From Nitrosopumilaceae archaeon (lineage in GTDB: Archaea > Thermoproteota > Nitrososphaeria > Nitrososphaerales > Nitrosopumilaceae), in the NCBI GenBank assembly GCA_011523285.1, contig WTHC01000025.1, positions 11,848 through 75,847 on the forward strand: a stretch of DNA of 64,000 bases, given 5' to 3'. The notes beneath the pieces are model-generated. The model was not told the origin of the DNA. It did no database searches and saw only the letters and a list, made by a program, of their open reading frames with translations. Positions 29,114 through 38,331 of the stretch are shown one piece after another; within the stretch, counting starts at the first letter, position 1; every line of letters begins with the position of its first letter. The translations under genes and the position numbers were made by a program.

Positions 29114-30550
29114 TTGAATTTTAAGGAAGGACTTACGTTCGATGATGTTTTATTAGTTCCGAAATTTTCTAATATAGCAAGTAGATCTCAGACAAATTTA
29201 CAAACCAAATTATCTAGAAATATTTCTCTAAGTATTCCATTGATTAGCGCAAATATGGATACAGTTACAGAATCAGATATGGCAGTTTCTATGGCTCGTA
29301 ATGGTGGAATTGGAATAATACACAGATTTCTTACAATCCAAGAAGAAACTAATGAAGTTTTAAAAGTGAAAAGGTCCGGAAGTGTGATGATTGAAACACC
29401 GTATTTAGTCAATCAAAATAAAACAATATTCGATGCATCTAATTATATGAATGAAAAAAGAGTTTCAGGACTATTAGTTATAAATGATAATTCTAAAATG
29501 GTTGGTATATTAACAAGACGTGATGTTTTGTTTGAATCTTCTGATAAGACTAGATTAGTCAAAGATGTTATGACAAAAGATATTGTTACTGCTAAGCCTG
29601 GAATAAATTTAATTAATGCTAAAGAAATATTACGCAAGTATAGGATAGAAAAACTTCCATTGGTTGATGAAAATGGCAGTATTGCTGGACTTATAACTAG
29701 TAAAGATATTTCTAACATGGAAAATTATCCTAACTCTTCCAAAGATAAAAAAGGCCGTCCGCTTGTTGGAGCTGCGATCGGTGTTAAAGGAGATTTTCTT
29801 GAAAGAGCTGAGTCATTAATAAATGCAGAAGTGGATGTGTTAGTTGTAGATATAGCTCATGGCCATAGTGCTAATGCGATAGATGCTATAAAAAATATTA
29901 AAAAAGCTTTTCCGAACTCAGAACTCATAGCTGGTAATGTTGCAACTGCTACGGGAACAGAAGATCTTATCAAATCTGGAGTAGATGCTGTTAAAGTAGG
30001 TGTAGGATCTGGTTCTATATGCATCACTAGAATAGTTACTGGATCTGGCGTTCCACAATTAACTGCCGTTCTAGATTGTGCAACTATAGGTAAAAAATAC
30101 GATGTTCCAATTATATCAGATGGTGGAACTAGGAATTCCGCAGATATAATTAAAGCTCTTGCAGCTGGTTCTTCTACGGTTATGATTGGGAGCATGTTTG
30201 CTGGTACTGATGAAAGTCCTGGCTCATTCATTACTAAAAACTCCAAGAAATTCAAAATATATAGAGGCATGGCATCGTTTTATGCATCATTAGGAAGAAA
30301 ATCTAAAGAAACAGGTACAATTTCAATTGAAGATGATCTTAATGACTATGTTGCAGAAGGTGTAGAAGCCATGGTTCCATATAAAGGAAATGTTTCTGAT
30401 TTGTTAATACAGCTAACTGGTGGAATACGTTCTGGTTTAAGCTATTGTGGAGCACGAAATATATTACAAATGCAACAAAAATCAGAATTCATAACTATGT
30501 CAAAAGCTGGCTTCCAAGAAAGCCAACCACATGATGTTTCTTTGATGTAG
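29114..30550 (+). CDS. guaB: IMP dehydrogenase with CBS pair
   Basis: LTFDDVLLVP, SANMDTVT, GSGSICITR, YRGMAS and AEGVEA motifs. Confidence 0.97.
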   Translation: MNFKEGLTFDDVLLVPKFSNIASRSQTNLQTKLSRNISLSIPLISANMDTVTESDMAVSMARNGGIGIIHRFLTIQEETNEVLKVKRSGSVMIETPYLVNQNKTIFDASNYMNEKRVSGLLVINDNSKMVGILTRRDVLFESSDKTRLVKDVMTKDIVTAKPGINLINAKEILRKYRIEKLPLVDENGSIAGLITSKDISNMENYPNSSKDKKGRPLVGAAIGVKGDFLERAESLINAEVDVLVVDIAHGHSANAIDAIKNIKKAFPNSELIAGNVATATGTEDLIKSGVDAVKVGVGSGSICITRIVTGSGVPQLTAVLDCATIGKKYDVPIISDGGTRNSADIIKALAAGSSTVMIGSMFAGTDESPGSFITKNSKKFKIYRGMASFYASLGRKSKETGTISIEDDLNDYVAEGVEAMVPYKGNVSDLLIQLTGGIRSGLSYCGARNILQMQQKSEFITMSKAGFQESQPHDVSLM

Positions 30551-30584
30551 TTAGTTTTTTATGAACCTTGAAAATATTTAATTT

Positions 30585-31046
30585 ATGTTAACAAAAAGAA
30601 CTATTATAGGAATAACATTTGGAGTCATAATTTCAATGATTGGATTATATGCATTTATATCCTCTCTAGGTACACAAACAGCAGAAATTAAAGAAACGGT
30701 TAAAATTGCTGACTATCTCTCATATCAATTTAATTCTCCAATTGGCTCGGATGAAATATTATACATACAAGGAGATCTTTTTCATGTTGATGTTAAATCT
30801 TTATCTGAAACACAAATAAACCAAGATTTCAAAGATGAAATAAAATTAGATTGGCTCACTGGTAGCGATGGTGAGAATATAATATCTATAAAAAACATAG
30901 GTCACTCAGAATTGATTGTAAATGGAATTTTGAAATTTTCCACTGACCCAATCTTGTATACTTATCATATACTTGTAATTACCGCTGGGATTGTGATTAT
31001 TGGATTTAGCGCGAGTTTTAGTATTAAAAGAAAAAAATCACATTAG
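30585..31046 (+). CDS. Hypothetical membrane protein (N- and C-terminal TM helices)
   Basis: Two hydrophobic segments flank a beta-rich domain. Confidence 0.7.
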   Translation: MLTKRTIIGITFGVIISMIGLYAFISSLGTQTAEIKETVKIADYLSYQFNSPIGSDEILYIQGDLFHVDVKSLSETQINQDFKDEIKLDWLTGSDGENIISIKNIGHSELIVNGILKFSTDPILYTYHILVITAGIVIIGFSASFSIKRKKSH

Positions 31047-31853
31047 TTTGGCGGTTGGGTAAGAACCAATAATTTTAAGAAATATAGTATTTTTAGTAAT
31101 ATCATCAATAATTGTTTTTATCCTTTGTTCATTTATATGCCCATCAAAATCTACATAAAAATTATATTCTCCAACATTGCATTTTTTAGGTCTAGATTCA
31201 ATTTTAGTTAAATTTATGTTTTGATCATGAAATATTTTAATTATTTTATATAGTGCCCCAGGTTTATGTAGAGTTGAAAAAATTATAGATGTTTTATCAT
31301 TACCGGTTTTGTGAGACTGCGATTTCGATAGAATTAAAAATCTTGTGTAATTATTTGAATGATCAGCTATGCAATATTTAATGACTGGCAAATCAAATAT
31401 TTTTGCAGCCGTTTCGCTTGCGATACAGCAGACATTGTTTTTATTCATTTTTTTGATTAGTTTCACACTTCCGGCAGTGTCGTATGTTGGAATAGATTTC
31501 CAATTGTACTTTTGAATAAATTGTCTGCATTGACCTAGAGCTTGTGGGTGTGAATAAATTGTATCTATTTCATCTATTTTACTTAAACCTATTAAACAAT
31601 GTTCAATGCGATGATAAATTTCGCCTATTGCATTTAGAGGTGTATGATATAATAAATCATAGCTTTCCCCAACTCCTCCTTCTATTGAATTTTCTATTGG
31701 TAAAATAGAATAATCTGTCTTTTTATCGTCTGTTGATCTCAGTACATCGGCGAAAGTTTTTAATGACACAGTTTTGATACGTACTTTAAAGTAACGTAAT
31801 GCTGCAGACTCGCTATACGCTCCATGTTCACCTTGAAATGAAACACTTAACAT
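31038..31853 (-). CDS. pheA: Prephenate dehydratase
   Basis: QGE.GAYSE, PIENSIEG, SHPQALGQC, NYTRF and INLTKIESRP (ACT domain) motifs. Confidence 0.96.
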   Translation of the reverse strand: MLSVSFQGEHGAYSESAALRYFKVRIKTVSLKTFADVLRSTDDKKTDYSILPIENSIEGGVGESYDLLYHTPLNAIGEIYHRIEHCLIGLSKIDEIDTIYSHPQALGQCRQFIQKYNWKSIPTYDTAGSVKLIKKMNKNNVCCIASETAAKIFDLPVIKYCIADHSNNYTRFLILSKSQSHKTGNDKTSIIFSTLHKPGALYKIIKIFHDQNINLTKIESRPKKCNVGEYNFYVDFDGHINEQRIKTIIDDITKNTIFLKIIGSYPTAKLM

Positions 31854-31854
31854 A

Positions 31855-32400
31855 TTAATTTAATTTTATAAAATTCATATTTCCAAAATTGCGTGACAGT
31901 TTCCGTTCGTCCATCCATGTGCAATTAATGCATTTTATTCCATCTCTAATTGTGATTACTTCTCCACCACATTTTTTACATTTAGTAAATAAGACGCCCA
32001 TTTCTGGATCATTTATACTGGTATGTATAGTGCCATTTTTGTAACCTATTGTTTTTAGTGTAATTATATCGTCAACTATGGCTATAGTTTTTTTATGTAA
32101 ACCTCGTGTAGAACAAACGCATTCGATCTTTGATGAAATATGTTTGTTATTAACATATTCGATTGAAACTATGATCATTGATGATATCACTGAAACTACG
32201 ACACCTATTATAATATCATTTGTTTTTGGAAGCTCTATTTCTGAAGCATTTTGTACTTCAAGAGTATGTTCTTCTTTGTTGATATTAATTTTCCCAATAG
32301 ATGTAGATCTTATTATTCCATTCTTGTCTTCAAATGTATTCTCATTAGATTCGTATTCTTCGATACATGATAATCTATCTCCAGGGCATACTATGTTCAT
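31855..32400 (-). CDS. csl4: Exosome complex RNA-binding protein Csl4
   Basis: PGD.L..IEEY, S1 domain, GV....C..CG...C..C...E.RK.S zinc ribbon. Confidence 0.9.
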   Translation of the reverse strand: MNIVCPGDRLSCIEEYESNENTFEDKNGIIRSTSIGKININKEEHTLEVQNASEIELPKTNDIIIGVVVSVISSMIIVSIEYVNNKHISSKIECVCSTRGLHKKTIAIVDDIITLKTIGYKNGTIHTSINDPEMGVLFTKCKKCGGEVITIRDGIKCINCTWMDERKLSRNFGNMNFIKLN

Positions 32401-32457
32401 TGTTTTTATTTGGTGATTAAAGATTATAATCGTTTATATTCAATTTTGCAAAATATA

Positions 32458-33453
32458 TTATAACCAATGTGGTAATTGTAAATATTCATCTATGTCTTGA
32501 TTTGATAATATTTTCAATAACGCATGAGCCTGTGGTGTAGATAAAACTGGTTTATCAAAATGGTTGTCCATTGAAATTCTGGGGCATGCTACTTGTATAA
32601 AAGCATCAACACCATGGATATTTTTTAATCTTTCATTTGTTATATCTGTTAACGCAAATAGTTGAACTGATTTACCTTTTTTTTCTAGTTCTCTTTTAAA
32701 TTTTAATGCCATAGTTTTTGAAATCTGACCGTCTTTTAAACCAACTATTATTCCAAAGTTATTTGACATTGATGCTTTGTAAATAGTCAAAATAGATCTC
32801 TTTTGAATTTTTTTAGCTGTGTCTGTGATCTCAGTTACTTCATTAAAATAAGGGTCAAGTACGTATGTAGGTTTATTTGTAGATAATGCAATTCCTATTG
32901 CATGAAAATTGCTTTGTCCTAAAAACAAATTTGCATCTATTTGATTTTTAATTTCAGTATTAGGATAAAATTCGCAACCAAATATTTGTCCATCATTAAG
33001 TTGTCCTTTCCCATTACCTATCTTTACATTAATTCCATTATCTCTCAAAATTTTTTTAACATTATTTAATTGAGGTAAATGTTGACTATTTGTTGATAGT
33101 GCTACAGTTTTATTTTTTAATATGTTGATACATTTCATAATTACTCCATCAAATGTGATATTATCAAAAGCATTGATCATCATTACTTTATTGTATGGCA
33201 TATCTGTGTTAATTGTGTGCCCTATATTGAATAATAAATCAGCTGACAAAATTTTAGCACTATTCATATTTAAGTCGCAAGAGCCCCATGTAGTATCCAT
33301 AATTATATATGCTGGTATATTAAACTCGTCCATGATATTTTTAGCGGTAATCTGAATTTTGTGTATTAATCCTTCCGGAGCATTAAGTGCAACCGATGCA
33401 GGTTTATATTTTTTTATGGTATCAAAAATTTTATCGTCATCTATAATTATCAT
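32458..33453 (-). CDS. dph2: Diphthamide biosynthesis enzyme Dph2
   Basis: PEGL, WGSCD, GQIFGC, FHA.G and ACPRIS.D motifs, giving three Fe-S cysteines. Confidence 0.93.
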   Translation of the reverse strand: MIIIDDDKIFDTIKKYKPASVALNAPEGLIHKIQITAKNIMDEFNIPAYIIMDTTWGSCDLNMNSAKILSADLLFNIGHTINTDMPYNKVMMINAFDNITFDGVIMKCINILKNKTVALSTNSQHLPQLNNVKKILRDNGINVKIGNGKGQLNDGQIFGCEFYPNTEIKNQIDANLFLGQSNFHAIGIALSTNKPTYVLDPYFNEVTEITDTAKKIQKRSILTIYKASMSNNFGIIVGLKDGQISKTMALKFKRELEKKGKSVQLFALTDITNERLKNIHGVDAFIQVACPRISMDNHFDKPVLSTPQAHALLKILSNQDIDEYLQLPHWL

Positions 33454-33526
33454 TATTAAATAAATTGTTAATTTTAATTTAAACTGTTTGTTTATATAAT
33501 TTAATATATATCATATATGCTGACAT

Positions 33527-34858
33527 TTGAATAATGGCAATGTAATACATATCGGAATAGATGACACAGATTCTAAATACGGTATGTGTACAACACATCT
33601 TGCATATGAATTAGTAAAATTCCTTACGAAGAAAGTAAAATTTGTTGATTATCCAAAACTTATAAGGCTTAATCCTAATGTGCCATGGAAAACACGTGGA
33701 AACGGATCTGTTTCTCTCAAAATAGAAACTACAAATTTTAATAAAATTAAACCACAAATAATTGATTTGGTAATTGAGCTGTCTGATATTTCAAAAGGTG
33801 CAAATCCTGGAATAGTATTTTATCATAACGATATTGTTTCCCACAAACTAATTAGTTTCAGCCAAGCTGCATTATTTAAACTGATCAGTAGATCTATGGT
33901 TAAAAAATTTCTAAATTCAAATAATTTAGATTATTTTTCAACGGGGAATGGGCAAGGACTTATTGGAGCTATTGGTGCTATTGGATATAAATTTGATGAT
34001 CATACTTTTGAATTAATATCATATCGAAAAAAATTTGAAATTGGTAACAAACGAAAAATTAATTTAGATAGTGTAAAATTAATTCAAAGGAAATACACAT
34101 CTATCTTTAATAGTTATTACAAAAACAGGATACTAATAACTCCTCATGGACCAGATCCAGTTTTTTATGGAATTCGTGGAGATGATATCAAATCATTGAT
34201 ATATGCATCAAAATTGATTCAAACTAAAGAAAAACCTAAAGGTTATATGATATTCAAATCTAATCAGGGTACCTCTTCACATTTGGATAATATTATAGAT
34301 ACATCAAAGTTTGAGCCATACTCATCTGGAAAAATAATTGGTAGTGTGTCTAAACATCCCATTGTTAACCATGGTGGACATGTTGTATTTGCAATAACTG
34401 ATAATTCTAATGATGTTAAATGTATCTCATACAAGCCAACTAAACTCACTAATGTTTCTATGAGTTTAATAGTAGGTGATATTGTATGTGTAGGTGGAGG
34501 AATACGTAAAGCATCTAAACTCCACGATCGTATATTGAATATAGAATTTATTGAAATTTTAAAACTTACTAAGCATTTCAAATTAATAAATCCTAGATGC
34601 AGTAAATGCAATAAAAATATGAAATCTGGCGGCTACAATCAAGGTTTTAAATGTATTAAATGTAAAGCAAAAAGCTCCAAAAAAGTTATCTGTGAAATTC
34701 CTAGAAATATAAAACTTGGATTATACATACCAATACCTACAGCACATAGGCATCTTACAAGACCGTATCAAAGAATTGGAATAAAAAACACAAACACAGC
34801 ATTCGATAAAACTATTCCATGGTTTCATGTTTATGATCATGATTTTAGCGGGGAGTAG
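33527..34858 (+). CDS. tiaS: tRNA(Ile2) agmatinylcytidine synthase
   Basis: IGIDDTDS..GMCTT, RLNPNVPWKTRGNG, PHGPDPVFYGIRG, NQGT, zinc ribbon and RHLTRP motifs. Confidence 0.96.
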   Translation: MNNGNVIHIGIDDTDSKYGMCTTHLAYELVKFLTKKVKFVDYPKLIRLNPNVPWKTRGNGSVSLKIETTNFNKIKPQIIDLVIELSDISKGANPGIVFYHNDIVSHKLISFSQAALFKLISRSMVKKFLNSNNLDYFSTGNGQGLIGAIGAIGYKFDDHTFELISYRKKFEIGNKRKINLDSVKLIQRKYTSIFNSYYKNRILITPHGPDPVFYGIRGDDIKSLIYASKLIQTKEKPKGYMIFKSNQGTSSHLDNIIDTSKFEPYSSGKIIGSVSKHPIVNHGGHVVFAITDNSNDVKCISYKPTKLTNVSMSLIVGDIVCVGGGIRKASKLHDRILNIEFIEILKLTKHFKLINPRCSKCNKNMKSGGYNQGFKCIKCKAKSSKKVICEIPRNIKLGLYIPIPTAHRHLTRPYQRIGIKNTNTAFDKTIPWFHVYDHDFSGE

Positions 34859-34949
34859 ATTTGAACTACTGATTTGCGGGTATCTCATTATTTTTTAATT
34901 ATGAGCCCGCCGGGATGACATAGCCCGAGTCTGACTTCCCCACCCCGCT
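34846..34949 (-). tRNA. Initiator tRNA-Met (CAT) with two introns (11 nt at 18/19; 18 nt at 37/38)
   Basis: Spliced sequence AGCGGGG TG GGGA AGTCAG^GTCA TCCC G GCGGG CTCATA^A CCCGC AAATC AGTAG TTCAAAT CTACT CCCCGCT A. The A1-U72 pair and GGG/CCC anticodon stem mark it as initiator. Introns lie at 34920-34930 and 34882-34899, each in a BHB-type motif. Confidence 0.92.
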
Positions 34950-35022
34950 ATGTAAAATTAACAATTGTAGTATATACGCGTTATCAAAAAAATTATTAAT
35001 TTATAAACGATATATAATATAA

Positions 35023-36111
35023 TTGAAAAAAATAACTAGATTGATTTTAATTGCATTAGCATTAATATTGTCATTGATCATTTTTACATTACCTTCCAAA
35101 GTACCTATACCTAAGCCTATAATTGCAGAAATGCCGTCGCTGGAGATAATAACTACAAATCTAGATAATCCTAGGTCTATGGCATTTTCAGATACAAAAA
35201 TATACATAGCCGAAAAAAACGGAAATATCAAAACTATACAAACGGATACATTTGTAGAAAAAACACTGACTTCAATTAATGTGTATGATACTTTTAATGG
35301 TGGATTACTTGGATTGGCAACACATCCAAACTTTATTAAAAATCATTATGTATATGCATATTATACATATGATAACAATGGCGTGTTGTGGAATAAAGTA
35401 ATTAGAATTACAGATCATGATGATGAATATGTGGACGAAATGACTATATTAGATAAAATCCCTGGTTCAAAATTTAATAACGGCGGTGTGATAAAATTTG
35501 GGCCTGACGACAAATTGTATATATCTACTGGAATATTGAGTAATTCTTCAAAATTTCCACAGGATTTGAATTCATTAGAAGGTAAAATTTTACGCCTGAA
35601 TTATGATGGTACTATACCATCTGATAATCCGTTCTCTAACTCGGCAATTTTTTCTTATGGTCACCGAAATCCACAAGGCATGTCATGGGATTACCAAGGA
35701 AATTTTTTTGCTAGTGAATTAGGAGATATTAACAATGATGAAATTAATTTAATCAAAGCTGGTCAAAATTATGGTTGGCCTATACAAGAATGTTTTAACA
35801 ATGATAATAATGATCATTTTGTTGTTCCGCTCATGTGTTATGATCCTGGGATAGAACCTGGTGGAATTTTAACATATAATACTGATGTCGGTCCTAATCT
35901 GATAATATCATCTTTGAGAAATGGAAGCCTCTATAATTTGAAGATAGATCAAAACAAATTACATTCTCAACAAACTATGTTAAGTGGAATAGGGAGAATA
36001 AGAGATATAGGCATTGGACATGATGATTATATATACATGATAACATCTAATACTGATGGGAAAGGTTTTCCATCTAGAAACGATGACAAATTAATTAGGT
36101 TTAAAAAATGA
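35023..36111 (+). CDS. Membrane-anchored glucose/sorbosone dehydrogenase-family beta-propeller (PQQ-type)
   Basis: N-terminal TM helix; GGLLGLA.HPNF, FGPDDKLY, GKILRLN.DG.IP.DNPF, GHRNPQG, DEIN and GRIRD motifs. Confidence 0.88.
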   Translation: MKKITRLILIALALILSLIIFTLPSKVPIPKPIIAEMPSLEIITTNLDNPRSMAFSDTKIYIAEKNGNIKTIQTDTFVEKTLTSINVYDTFNGGLLGLATHPNFIKNHYVYAYYTYDNNGVLWNKVIRITDHDDEYVDEMTILDKIPGSKFNNGGVIKFGPDDKLYISTGILSNSSKFPQDLNSLEGKILRLNYDGTIPSDNPFSNSAIFSYGHRNPQGMSWDYQGNFFASELGDINNDEINLIKAGQNYGWPIQECFNNDNNDHFVVPLMCYDPGIEPGGILTYNTDVGPNLIISSLRNGSLYNLKIDQNKLHSQQTMLSGIGRIRDIGIGHDDYIYMITSNTDGKGFPSRNDDKLIRFKK

Positions 36112-37373
36112 ACGAATTTTCAAAATTTTTTAAAAAAAGTAAAAGTGAAAGATTAGGAATTATCAAAAAATCTACTAAGCTAACACAAAACGAATTATCG
36201 TATATACATAATCAAACTACTAATAATGAATTTGAACGCGCAAATAAAATGATCGAAAATGTAATTGGAACATTCTCTCTCCCATTAGGAATTGCTACAC
36301 ACTTCACGGTAAATAATAAAAATTATATAATTCCAATGGTTGTAGAAGAGCCATCTATAGTAGCAGCATCATCAAAAGCTGCTAAAATAGCTAATGCTAG
36401 AGGTGGCTTTAAAGCTAGATCTGGTAATCAGTATAGCATTGGCCAAGTTCATATTGCTAATTGCGGAGATATAAATAAAGCAATTAAACAAATAGTTCAA
36501 AATAAGAAACAGATTTTACAATTAGCAAATTCAAAAACACATACACTTTCAAAAATAAATAAAGGTGCAAAAAAAATATCATGTAGAAAAATAACTATTG
36601 ATAACAATATTTTGTTGATTGTAGAATTATTAGTTGACGTTGGTAATGCTATGGGCGCTAATATTACAAATAGTATGTGCGAAGCAATATCTTCATATCT
36701 AGAAAAAATAACAGGCGGAAAATCTATACTGAAAATCTTATCTAATTATTCTACATCAAGAATGGTTACTGCGTCTGCTATATTTGATAAAAATAAAATT
36801 GGAGGTTCAAAAACAGTTAACAAAATAATTTTAGCATACAAAATTGCTATGAATGATGAATATAGGGCAGTTACCCACAACAAAGGTATTATGAATGGTA
36901 TTGTCAGTGTTGCAAACGCTACTTGTCAAGACACTCGTGCAATAGAAGCAGCAGCTCATGCTTTTGCATCTCGTACTGGAAGATATTTGCCATTGACTAA
37001 TTGGACAAAAAATAGTAATGGAGATCTAATTGGTGTTATTGAGCTACCATTATCTGTAGGAACTATAGGCGGAGTGATTAATATACACCCCATGGCTAAA
37101 TTATGTTTAAAAATTCTTGGTATTACGTCTGCTAAAACACTGTCATGTATTATTGCATCTGTTGGACTTGCGCAAAATTTTGCTGCTTTATATGCATTAG
37201 TTACAGACGGAATACAGAAAGGACATATGAAACTTCATGCAAAAAACATAGCTTCTGCCGCTGGTATCAAATTAGAAAATATAGATATGATTGTAAGTAA
37301 AATGATTCAAGCAAATGATATTTCTATTCAAAAAGCTACGTCACTTCAAAAACAATTTTGTGATTATACATGA
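36108..37373 (+). CDS. mvaA: HMG-CoA reductase, class II
   Basis: ENVIG, EEPSIVAA, AMGAN, THNKGIMNG, D.RAIEA and GIQKGHMKLH motifs. Confidence 0.93.
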   Translation: MNEFSKFFKKSKSERLGIIKKSTKLTQNELSYIHNQTTNNEFERANKMIENVIGTFSLPLGIATHFTVNNKNYIIPMVVEEPSIVAASSKAAKIANARGGFKARSGNQYSIGQVHIANCGDINKAIKQIVQNKKQILQLANSKTHTLSKINKGAKKISCRKITIDNNILLIVELLVDVGNAMGANITNSMCEAISSYLEKITGGKSILKILSNYSTSRMVTASAIFDKNKIGGSKTVNKIILAYKIAMNDEYRAVTHNKGIMNGIVSVANATCQDTRAIEAAAHAFASRTGRYLPLTNWTKNSNGDLIGVIELPLSVGTIGGVINIHPMAKLCLKILGITSAKTLSCIIASVGLAQNFAALYALVTDGIQKGHMKLHAKNIASAAGIKLENIDMIVSKMIQANDISIQKATSLQKQFCDYT

Positions 37374-38329
37374 AAAAAACAAAAATCAAATTCGCTATTC
37401 CAAAAGGAAGTTTAGAAATTTCTACGTTAGATCTACTTAAAAAATCATGGACTAAAGTTAACCATAAACATCGTACTTACAGAGTATTTTTGGATGATCC
37501 TGAAATAGAAATCAAAATGCTTCGACCTCAAGAAATACCATTATTAGTATCAGAAGGATTATATGATATAGGAATAACTGGAAAAGACTGGATTGAAGAA
37601 ACTAAAGCTAAAGTTGACACTATGCTAGATTTAGAATACGGGAAAATTAAACTAGTTGTAGCAATACCTAGTAATAATAGTTCAAATACACTAGACGATT
37701 TAATAAATGATTATTTTAATCACAAAAAAATACTTAGGTTATCTTCAGAATATTTGACCACAACAGCTAAATTTATTAAAAAATCATCATCATACAAAAA
37801 AAATTATGGTTCTGTTGATCCATTAATAATAACACCATGGATAAATTTTGGAAAAAACCAAAATGTTCAAATCCATTTATCTTTTGGTGCAACAGAAGCA
37901 AAGCCGCCAGATGATGTAGACGTCATAGTTGATGTCACAGAAACAGGTACTACACTAGAAAAAAATAACTTGAAAGTAATCCACACTGTTTTAGAATCTA
38001 GTGCACATGTCATAGCCAATAAACAATCATTATCTAATAGACTTAAACATGAAAAAATATCTGATATGTTAACACTTATGAAAGGTGCTGTTAATAGCAA
38101 TAAATATTTACATATATATCTTAACATTAAAAAAGAAAATTTATGGAAATTATTAGATAATTTACCAGCTTTAAAACAACCCACTATATCTAATCTTAGT
38201 ACCAAAAATTGGTATAGCGTAAATACAATCATACCAAAAAAAGATTTTCATAAATTAATACCTATTATTAGAAAAGTAGCTCAAGGATTAGTTATACATG
38301 AACCAAAACAGATTCTGGAATTAGAATAA
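37370..38329 (+). CDS. hisG: ATP phosphoribosyltransferase, long form
   Basis: AIPKGSL, RPQEIP, DIGITGKDW, GATE, VDVTETGTTL..N.L motifs and a C-terminal regulatory domain. Confidence 0.95.
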   Translation: MKKTKIKFAIPKGSLEISTLDLLKKSWTKVNHKHRTYRVFLDDPEIEIKMLRPQEIPLLVSEGLYDIGITGKDWIEETKAKVDTMLDLEYGKIKLVVAIPSNNSSNTLDDLINDYFNHKKILRLSSEYLTTTAKFIKKSSSYKKNYGSVDPLIITPWINFGKNQNVQIHLSFGATEAKPPDDVDVIVDVTETGTTLEKNNLKVIHTVLESSAHVIANKQSLSNRLKHEKISDMLTLMKGAVNSNKYLHIYLNIKKENLWKLLDNLPALKQPTISNLSTKNWYSVNTIIPKKDFHKLIPIIRKVAQGLVIHEPKQILELE

Positions 38330-38331
38330 AG

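Noticed and set aside
34846..34949. Reading the CAU tRNA beside tiaS as tRNA-Ile2, the TiaS substrate
   Set aside because: The A1-U72 pair, AGCGGGG 5' end and three consecutive G-C pairs in the anticodon stem identify it as the initiator tRNA-Met.
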